This document shows, one piece after another, positions 24,619-31,078 of a stretch of 32,000 nucleotides of DNA. The stretch is from Cupriavidus necator (lineage in GTDB: Bacteria; Pseudomonadota; Gammaproteobacteria; Burkholderiales; Burkholderiaceae): NCBI RefSeq assembly GCF_016127575.1, contig NZ_CP066018.1:3150001-3182000 (forward strand), given 5' to 3'. How positions within the stretch are numbered: position 1 is the stretch's first letter; the number at the start of each line of letters is the position of its first letter. The position numbers and the translations under genes were made by a program. The notes below the pieces were generated by a model that did not search any database, had not been told where the DNA came from, and saw nothing but the letters and a program-made list of their open reading frames with translations.

Positions 24619-25566
24619 TCAGCGTGCCAGCAGCAAGTGGACCAGCATGCCGATCACCGCCAGCAGAAAGGCGGTGGCCAGGAACTCCGGCACGCGGAAG
24701 ATGCGCATCTTGGCGCTCGCCGTCTCCAGCGCCGCCAGCAGGATCCCGCCCACCATGAGCTTGAACAGCAGCGCGGGCAGCGCCAGCAGCATGGCCAGGG
24801 GAGCTTGCGCTTCTGCAACGCCCCATGGGAAAAACAGCGCCAGGCCGATGCAGGAATAGGCGAACAGCTTCAGGCTTGCCGCCCACTCAAGGAGGGCCAG
24901 ATGCCGCCCCGAATATTCCAGGATCAGCGCCTCGTGGATCATCGTCAGCTCGAGGTGGGTGGCGGGATTGTCGACCGGTATGCGGGCGTTCTCGGCCAGG
25001 GAGACCATGGTGAACGCCACGCCGGCAAACGCCAGGCCGGGATAGATGGCCAGGTCCCGGTGAGCAATCGTCTCGACGATGGTGGTGAGCGAGGTCGACT
25101 TGGAGACCAGCGAGGCGGAGAACAGCACCATCAGCAGCGCCGGTTCCGCCAGGAAGCCGATCAGCATCTCGCGCCGCGCTCCCAGGGTCCCGAAAGCGGT
25201 GCCGACGTCCATCGCCGCCAGCGAGATGAAAACCCGCGCCAGCGCGAACAGGCCGACCAGGGCAATCGCGTCGGCGGCCGGTGCCAGTGGCAGATCGGTG
25301 GACACGGTCGGGACGATCGAGCAAGCCAGCGCCATGCAGCCGAACACCACGTAAGGCGTGGCGCGGAACAGCGGCGAGGCATTGTCCGCGACCACCGAGT
25401 CCTTGTTGAACAGCTTGTGCAGCATGCGATAGGGCTGCCAGAGGCTGGGTGCCGACTTGTTCTGCAGCCAGGCCCGCCACTGATTGACCCAGCCGGTCAG
25501 CAGCGGCGCCAGCGCGATCGAAATCACGATCTCAAGCAGCTGTGACAGGATCCCGGTCAGGTTCAT
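24619..25566 (-). CDS. hyfC: HyfC/HycD-like (NuoH-related) membrane subunit
   Basis: The 315-aa product reads APLLTGWVNQWRAWLQNKSAPSLWQPYRMLHKLFNK and ENARIPVDNPATHLELTMIHEALILEYSG, both typical of HycD/NuoH-type subunits. Confidence 0.9.
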   Translation of the reverse strand: MNLTGILSQLLEIVISIALAPLLTGWVNQWRAWLQNKSAPSLWQPYRMLHKLFNKDSVVADNASPLFRATPYVVFGCMALACSIVPTVSTDLPLAPAADAIALVGLFALARVFISLAAMDVGTAFGTLGARREMLIGFLAEPALLMVLFSASLVSKSTSLTTIVETIAHRDLAIYPGLAFAGVAFTMVSLAENARIPVDNPATHLELTMIHEALILEYSGRHLALLEWAASLKLFAYSCIGLALFFPWGVAEAQAPLAMLLALPALLFKLMVGGILLAALETASAKMRIFRVPEFLATAFLLAVIGMLVHLLLAR

Positions 25567-25576
25567 GCGGCCCTCT

Positions 25577-27598
25577 TCACATCACGGCCAGCAGCGTGGC
25601 GGCCAGGGTCAGGAAGCTGTACAGCAGGTAAACCGAGATGCGTCCCTGTTGCATCAGGCCGATCAGCCGGGCCAGGTACGACGCCAGATCGATCACGGGG
25701 ACATACATCCAGCGCCAAAAATGATCCGCCACTGTGACCCGGTAGTGCGGCTGCTCATCGAATGGCGTCGGCAGGTCGCGGCGCATCAGGAAAAACGGCT
25801 CAAAGATCTGGCGGATCGGCTGCCCGAACCCCTCGGCAGTGTCCTGCATGCGCGCGGTGCCCCAGGGAAAGCCGCAAGCCCAGGGCGGGCTGCGGCGAAG
25901 CCGACCGTGGTACAAGCGGCGCACCAGCAGGTAGGCGAGCGCAACGCTGGCCAGGATGCCTGACAGGAAAATAACCGGCCCGTAGCTGGCCTGGGCCAGG
26001 CCATTCGGCGCCAGCAGCCAGCTGCTGGCCGCGGTCCGGGCGCCGAGTCCGCTCGCCACCAGTTGCTGCGTCACCGGATCGATCAACTGGACGAATTGCG
26101 TCGGCAGCAGGCCAAGCGCGATGCAGCCCAGCGCCAGCCACAGCATGCCCGCGCGCTCCCAACGGCCGGCGTCGTGCGCGTTGACCAGTCTGGGCTCACG
26201 GGGCTGGCCGAGGAAGATCACGCCGAAGAACTTGACCATGGTGTAACCGGCCAGTGCCGCCACCAGCGCAATCAGCGCGGCGACCACCGGGATCAGCATG
26301 GTCAGTATCGGTTCCGGCAGACCAGGCGTGAACAGGAAGCTCTGCAGCAGCAGCCACTCCGAGACGAAACCGCCAAGCGGCGGCAGCCCGGCGCTGGCCA
26401 GCACGCCCAGCAGTGTCAGCCAGCCCACCCATGGCATGTAGCGAATCAGTCCGCCTAGCTTGCCCAGGCTTCTCTCGGTGGTGGCATGCAGCACGCTACC
26501 GGTTCCCAGAAAAAGCAGGCTTTTGAAGAATGCATGGCTGGCGACATGGTAGAGCGCGGCCGTCAGGGCGAGGGCGGCCATCGGCTTCATGCCGTAGGCC
26601 GAGAACAGCAGTGTCAGCCCCATGGCAACGAAGAGCAGGCCCATGTTCTCGATCGACGAATAAGCCAGCAGCCGCTTCATGTCGGTCTGAACAGCTGCGA
26701 AGACCACGCCGAACAGCGCGGTGGCCAATCCAATCGCCAGCAGCAATCCGCCCCACCACCACAGGCGCATCGGCAGCAGGTCGAAAGATACGCGCAACAG
26801 GCCGTAGATGGCAGTGTTGAGCATGACGCCGCTCATCATTGCCGATACCGGTGACGGCGCGGCCGGATGCGCCTCCGGCAGCCAGATGTGCAGAGGCAGG
26901 ATGCCGGCCTTGGCGCCGAATCCGAACAACGCGAGCAGGAAACCGGCGGAGGCCCAGAACGGCGTCAGCGCCTGGGCGCGCATGTTGGCAAACGTATAGT
27001 CGCCGGTATTGGCCTGCAGCACGCCAAAGCACAGCAGAATCGCAATCGCCCCGATGCGCGCCATCGTGATGTAGAGATAGCCGGCGGCGCGCACTTCGGC
27101 GATGCGGTGGTTGGCGGTCACCAGGAAGAATGAAGCCAGCGCCATGGTTTCCCACATCACCATGAACGAGTAGGCGTCGTCGGCCAGGATCACCCCGGCC
27201 ATGCTGGCAAGAAACAGGTGGTATTCAAGACAAAGCAGGCCTGGCGGCGTACCTTCGCCCGTGCGGAAGTAGCCAGCCGCAAACGTGGAGATGCCAGCCG
27301 CCGCTCCCCCCATTACCATCAGGAAGTAGGCGGACAGGCTGTCGAGCCGGACGTGGAACGGCAGCGATGGCAGGCCAATGGGCAGCACGGCTGCCTCGGG
27401 CGTGCCGGACACAGCGTGCAGCGCCAGGCTGAACAGCGCAAGCCCTAGCAGTCCCCCGATGGGGAACAGCACGTGGGATACCAGGGCAAACCGATGCAGC
27501 GCCAGGACCCCTGCCACGCCGATAAGCAGCCAGGCCCCAACCACAACAAGCATCCAGTCGAGATGGAGCCATTGCGTGAGAGGGGGCACGGTGCTCAT
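25577..27598 (-). CDS. hyfB: HyfB-like (NuoL/Mrp antiporter-like) membrane subunit
   Basis: The 673-aa polytopic protein reads WETMALASFFLV, GFGAKAGILPLHIWLPEAHPAAPSPVSA, LLAYSSIENMG and HAFFKSLLFLGTG. The C-terminal extension is typical of HyfB. Its ATG lies 3 nt after the RHH gene stop. Confidence 0.92.
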   Translation of the reverse strand: MSTVPPLTQWLHLDWMLVVVGAWLLIGVAGVLALHRFALVSHVLFPIGGLLGLALFSLALHAVSGTPEAAVLPIGLPSLPFHVRLDSLSAYFLMVMGGAAAGISTFAAGYFRTGEGTPPGLLCLEYHLFLASMAGVILADDAYSFMVMWETMALASFFLVTANHRIAEVRAAGYLYITMARIGAIAILLCFGVLQANTGDYTFANMRAQALTPFWASAGFLLALFGFGAKAGILPLHIWLPEAHPAAPSPVSAMMSGVMLNTAIYGLLRVSFDLLPMRLWWWGGLLLAIGLATALFGVVFAAVQTDMKRLLAYSSIENMGLLFVAMGLTLLFSAYGMKPMAALALTAALYHVASHAFFKSLLFLGTGSVLHATTERSLGKLGGLIRYMPWVGWLTLLGVLASAGLPPLGGFVSEWLLLQSFLFTPGLPEPILTMLIPVVAALIALVAALAGYTMVKFFGVIFLGQPREPRLVNAHDAGRWERAGMLWLALGCIALGLLPTQFVQLIDPVTQQLVASGLGARTAASSWLLAPNGLAQASYGPVIFLSGILASVALAYLLVRRLYHGRLRRSPPWACGFPWGTARMQDTAEGFGQPIRQIFEPFFLMRRDLPTPFDEQPHYRVTVADHFWRWMYVPVIDLASYLARLIGLMQQGRISVYLLYSFLTLAATLLAVM

Positions 27599-27601
27599 GG
27601 A

Positions 27602-27877
27602 TCAGGCTCCACGACGGGTCGTACGGCGCTTGGCAGGAGGTGCCGCGTCGCGCCGCGACGACGCGCCGACCGGTGGCCTCTCTTTGCCCTTGGCTTCCGC
27701 CTTGTCCGTGCCTACGCCGCTGGGCACGTACTGGACGCCATGCTGGGCCAGGTAGTCGCGGATAAGCCGCCGTATCACCTGCGAGGCAGTCAGATCCTGT
27801 TGTGCGCAGAGGCGCTCGAAGGCGGCCTTCTTGTTGGGATCGATGAGCAACGTAAGCCGAGCGGTCTTTTGCTCCAT
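27602..27877 (-). CDS. Ribbon-helix-helix DNA-binding protein, paralog 2, first gene of the hyf-like operon, with a basic Pro/Ala-rich tail
   Basis: The RHH core is MEQKTARLTLLIDPNKKAAFERLCAQQDLTASQVIRRLIRDYL. It is followed by ...KAEAKGKERPPVGASSRRDAAPPAKRRTTRRGA. The stop at 27602-27604 is followed after 3 nt by the hyfB-like ATG, and the hyfB RBS (ggag) lies inside the tail coding sequence. Confidence 0.8.
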   Translation of the reverse strand: MEQKTARLTLLIDPNKKAAFERLCAQQDLTASQVIRRLIRDYLAQHGVQYVPSGVGTDKAEAKGKERPPVGASSRRDAAPPAKRRTTRRGA

Positions 27878-27916
27878 GGGATCCTCAAGATGGCAATACG
27901 ATGATTACATGAATCA

Positions 27917-27930
27917 CATCATAGATGATG
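27917..27930. promoter_or_regulatory. Inverted repeat CATCAT-ag-ATGATG upstream of RHH paralog 2 (candidate operator)
   Basis: Read directly in the AT-richer patch 40-53 nt upstream of the start at 27877. A TATGATG element also occurs upstream of RHH paralog 1 (20103-20110 region). Confidence 0.35.
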
Positions 27931-28172
27931 GCCATGCGAATCAAAAGGCCTGGACGCTGCCATTCCTTTACTCGCTGCAACCAGGGCAAATACACTGGAC
28001 GGCGTCGCACATTCGTCGCTGGCGTTTCCTGCTGTCAGCCTAGTGCATGCGGCGCTGCAGCATCCCGCTGTCGCCGGTGCGCAATTCTCCCAATGCGGTC
28101 AGCGCCATCGAGTTTCTCGTTCCGCGTGTGCTAGGCTGAAGGCGAAATCCTGCCGCCCACGCGGAGACACCA

Positions 28173-28751
28173 ATGGTCGAAGCTTCCGAACTGAAGTCGG
28201 GCATGGTCATCATGCTTGAAGGTGAACTTCATAGCGTTACCAGCGCCGGGTACCACGCCGGCGGCGGCCAACAGGGGAGCGCAGTTTTCGCCAAGTTCAA
28301 GAGCCTTAAGACTGGCCACATCAAGGAGTTGCGGTTACACCCGGGCAACAAGCTCGAAGAGGTCGCGCTTGATCACCAGGAGATGGAATATCTGTACACC
28401 GATGGTGACGCCTTTTTCTTCATGAATCCCGACACCTTCGAGCAGATCAGTTTTCCTGCGGAAACCATGGGCGCATACCAGAAGTTTCTTCGTCCCAATA
28501 TGCGAATCCCGGTGCAGCTTTATGAGGGCGAGCCAGTCACCATCGCATTCCCCCCTGCGGTCGAGGTAACCATCATGTCCACGCCGCCGGGCCTGCACGA
28601 GCATGAATCCTCTACCTTCAAGGCTGCCACGCTGGAGAACGGCATGGAAGTTCTCGTTCCTCAGTTCGTCAAGGAAGGGGACACGGTGCGAATCGAGGTC
28701 GCTTCAGGAAAATATTTGGAGCGGATAAGGCGAGGGACGCGAAAGGCGTGA
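28173..28751 (+). CDS. Elongation factor P family paralog (EF-P/YeiP-like) with a Gly/Gln-rich loop lacking Lys/Arg
   Basis: The 192-aa product has EF-P family landmarks: SELKSGMVIMLEG, YLYTDGDAFFFMNPDTFEQISF, STPPGL and ATLENGMEVLVPQFVKEGDTVRIEVASGKYLERI. The domain I loop reads YHAGGGQQGSAVFAKF where EF-P has KPGKGQAF and YeiP has SPTARGAA. An RBS (ggaga) precedes the ATG. By eye the gene has lower GC than the backbone. Confidence 0.85.
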   Translation: MVEASELKSGMVIMLEGELHSVTSAGYHAGGGQQGSAVFAKFKSLKTGHIKELRLHPGNKLEEVALDHQEMEYLYTDGDAFFFMNPDTFEQISFPAETMGAYQKFLRPNMRIPVQLYEGEPVTIAFPPAVEVTIMSTPPGLHEHESSTFKAATLENGMEVLVPQFVKEGDTVRIEVASGKYLERIRRGTRKA

Positions 28752-29049
28752 CTCCGGTGCCGCGCGACTCCCTGCATGCGCAGCGCCGCGTACAGTTCCG
28801 GCGGGACGGGGGCGGCAGCGTCGGCAGTACCGCATTCGGCACCTGATAGCCATCAGCGACAAAAGGCTTGGCGCGTAAGCGCGGCGATGCTTCCGTCGCC
28901 TTGGTTCTACGGTCCTCTTGCCTCCTTCCGGACGGCTTCGTCGTAGCGTGTTCTTTGTCATGCCGGGCTGTCAGCCCAGTCCTATATTTGACACAGTGCC
29001 AATCGTGCTGCGCGACGCACCGCGATGATTTCGCTAACAGGAGGGCAAG

Positions 29050-29382
29050 ATGAACGACATCCAATCTGATTTCTCTATGCGCAAGGACGCATTGGCCCGC
29101 GACGTCGATACGCTGATGGCCGACGTTCAGGCACTTCTTCATGATGTCAAAGCCGAAACCGGCGTAGGGACCAGCCTTGAGCGCCATGCACTCAAGGCCC
29201 GGCAGCGCGCGCTGCAGGAGCGCATCGTTACGCTGCGCGAAGAAAGCCGCGCCAAAGTCTCCGAGTGGGCGACAACGACCGATCGCTACGTTCATGAGCA
29301 TCCGTGGCAAAGCATGGGTACTGTGGCCGCCATCGCGGCTACCACAGGCGCTATCGTCGCGCTGGCTGCCAGCCACCGTTAG
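29050..29382 (+). CDS. ElaB/YqjD/DUF883-family membrane-anchored, ribosome-associated stress protein
   Basis: The 110-aa product has a coiled-coil N-terminal part. The family-defining C-terminus is YVHEHPWQSMGTVAAIAATTGAIVALAASHR (the E.PWqa.G...G motif plus a TM anchor). A strong RBS (aggaggg) precedes the ATG. Confidence 0.85.
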   Translation: MNDIQSDFSMRKDALARDVDTLMADVQALLHDVKAETGVGTSLERHALKARQRALQERIVTLREESRAKVSEWATTTDRYVHEHPWQSMGTVAAIAATTGAIVALAASHR

Positions 29383-29425
29383 GTATTCGTGACTGAGGGA
29401 CCTGCACGGCAGTGACCCGTGCTGG

Positions 29426-29484
29426 TCCCGCAAGGGGCACGTGTTTTTTGCCATGCCGGCAAATGGCTACAGCCCCTTGCGGGA
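29426..29484 (+). other. Long nested hairpin downstream of the elaB-like gene
   Basis: A perfect 13-bp stem pairs TCCCGCAAGGGGC (29426-29438) with GCCCCTTGCGGGA (29472-29484). It encloses a second hairpin, TTTGCC-atgcc-GGCAAA. The first arm is followed by a T6 run (gtgttttttg), so the 5' part could also act as a weak terminator. Confidence 0.5.
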
Positions 29485-29617
29485 GCCTCGATCTAAGTGG
29501 CGACACATCTGAGCGGCAATACAACAACTGTGCCCGCCAGGTGCGATTGCCCAGACGCGCCACGCTGGACGGTCTGCTTACGTGCGACCCGCAGGATGTT
29601 TACCCAGGAGGCCAGTC

Positions 29618-30034
29618 ATGGACGGGCTGACAAAGGAAGAGTTGGCGAAGTTGGTGGCCCAAATGGACGCTGAGGAGTTGCGCATTCGTGCCGTCGCCGG
29701 AACCGCGGATTCGCCTGTTGTGGCGCCAACACAACGTGAACACCTTGATGATGGTGAAGTGGCGGACGAAAAGACTGTGCAGCGCCAGGGCGACGCGATG
29801 CTGAAACACTATCGCATGCAACTGGCTGACATTGAAGCAGCCCGGTCACGGATGAGGAGCGGCCAGTATGGCGTCTGTATTGACTGCCAGCAGGCGATCC
29901 GTTTCGCCCGCCTGCAAGCGTACCCGACCGCCACGCGCTGCACGGCATGCCAGAATCTCCACGAACACCGCCATCCCCGCCAGGCGCAGGAGACGCGCCG
30001 ACCGGCTTCCACAGATCTTTCGTCGCCGGACTGA
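29618..30034 (+). CDS. DksA/TraR-family C4 zinc-finger protein
   Basis: The C-terminal finger is GVCIDCQQAIRFARLQAYPTATRCTACQ (CxxC-N17-CxxC). It is preceded by a coiled-coil-like region with an acidic DDGEVA element. The ATG at 29618 has an AGGAGG RBS. The track start at 29582 has none. Confidence 0.85.
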   Translation: MDGLTKEELAKLVAQMDAEELRIRAVAGTADSPVVAPTQREHLDDGEVADEKTVQRQGDAMLKHYRMQLADIEAARSRMRSGQYGVCIDCQQAIRFARLQAYPTATRCTACQNLHEHRHPRQAQETRRPASTDLSSPD

Positions 30035-30035
30035 C

Positions 30036-30290
30036 TTACTCGTTCCTGAGATCAATGCCGAAGCCGCCCGCCAGTTCACAATCGATGATCCCGGCGGCGT
30101 AGGCGAAAAGCCATTCCTCTGCCTCCTCCAGCGTTGCGGGCGGGTGGGGCCAGTCCGGCGTAAAGCGGATGCCCATGTCCTCATTGCGCGTGGAGATCTG
30201 AACTCGCCCGCCTGGCTTGCCTGGCTCAATCACCTCCGGCACGAAGAGCGCAACGTGGAATCCCTTGTAAGACCGCTTTTTTTCCAGCAT
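30036..30290 (-). CDS. Hypothetical small protein (84 aa)
   Basis: The ATG at 30290 (MLEKKRSYKGFHVALF) is preceded by a GGAGG RBS. No family was recognised. Its stop (30036-30038) is 1 nt from the convergent dksA-like stop. Confidence 0.55.
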   Translation of the reverse strand: MLEKKRSYKGFHVALFVPEVIEPGKPGGRVQISTRNEDMGIRFTPDWPHPPATLEEAEEWLFAYAAGIIDCELAGGFGIDLRNE

Positions 30291-30342
30291 TTCAGCCTCC
30301 GGCAATTTACGATGTCCGTAGCTCAGCCCGAGCGCCGGACTG

Positions 30343-30356
30343 TCTTGAATTCAAGA
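30343..30356. promoter_or_regulatory. Perfect 14-bp palindrome TCTTGAATTCAAGA in the divergent intergenic region
   Basis: Read directly. It lies about 55 nt upstream of the 30290 start. Its TCTT/AAGA arms resemble those of the aceA-upstream palindrome GTCTTATATAAGAC. Confidence 0.3.
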
Positions 30357-30584
30357 TATAGCGAGGCGCGGCTAATGCCTAGTAATGCCGCGGAACCCCG
30401 GCGATCACATCGGAGCGTGCGGTTGAATTTGACCTAGACTGAAAAAGTGCCTTCGCGCGCTTCGAGGCTGGGCAATGGAGCTTCATTGGCAGCCAACTGA
30501 TGCGGGCGAATGACAATGGCACAGGCAACACACAATCATCTGCTGCCTGAACTCATGTGAATTGGTGTTCACGAAGGGGGCATC

Positions 30585-30911
30585 ATGTTGCAAGCCAGTG
30601 AAATGCAGCAACGTTTTAGTCATCTGCAGCAAACCATCAGCGAGACATCCCGGACTTGTCATGCCGATACGGGGATTCCACAAGACTTGATGAACTGGGT
30701 GGATGAGCTCGACAAGGAGTGCAAATCGGCATCGAAGGTCGTGTCTTCCAAGGATGAGGATCGGATCCGGCAGTGGGTCGATGATCTCGAACGGATCGGT
30801 GATCGTGCAGACCGCGCTTGCCAGCAGGCCGGCAGTCTCGATGCAAAGGTCAAGGATGCAGTCAGTTCGATGCATTCGGAACTTGCTGACCTGAAGCGCC
30901 AACTGCACTAA
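30585..30911 (+). CDS. Hypothetical helical protein (108 aa)
   Basis: The ORF has a gaaggggg RBS-like element before the ATG and is followed by a hairpin. The sequence is charged with a heptad-like pattern. No family was recognised. GC is lower by eye. Confidence 0.6.
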   Translation: MLQASEMQQRFSHLQQTISETSRTCHADTGIPQDLMNWVDELDKECKSASKVVSSKDEDRIRQWVDDLERIGDRADRACQQAGSLDAKVKDAVSSMHSELADLKRQLH

Positions 30912-30920
30912 CTTATCTGA

Positions 30921-30947
30921 CAGCCCCGGTCCAACCAGCCGGGGCTG
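30921..30947 (+). terminator. Hairpin after the 108-aa ORF
   Basis: CAGCCCCGG (30921-30929) pairs with CCGGGGCTG (30939-30947), a perfect 9-bp stem with a 9-nt loop. The U tract (attg) is weak. Confidence 0.45.
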
Positions 30948-31078
30948 ATTGCATGCGCCGCGGTCAAGGCGCGCACGATCTCAGTCCGCAGGCAAGGCCA
31001 GGTTGCACCTGCACCCCGCCTGCATAGGCGGCCTCCCTCAGCCCTGCAGGGCACCCAAAATCACCTCCTGCACACGCG

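Noticed and set aside
20405-27598. Annotating the cluster as a functional formate hydrogenlyase / hydrogenase-4 (hyf)
   Set aside because: The large-subunit homolog has Ser/Ser and Ser/Gly where the two CxxC Ni-Fe ligand pairs should be. There is no HycF/HyfH ferredoxin subunit, formate dehydrogenase, HycI protease or hyp gene in the window. Hyf gene names are used only for homology.
30314-30340. tRNA-like fragment (gtagctcag...gagc resembles a tRNA D-arm), considered as a possible integration att remnant
   Set aside because: No acceptor stem, anticodon arm or T-arm (GGTTCGAATCC-type) can be built around it. No integrase is nearby. It is more simply a small nested hairpin (gtccg...cggac enclosing gctc-agccc-gagc).
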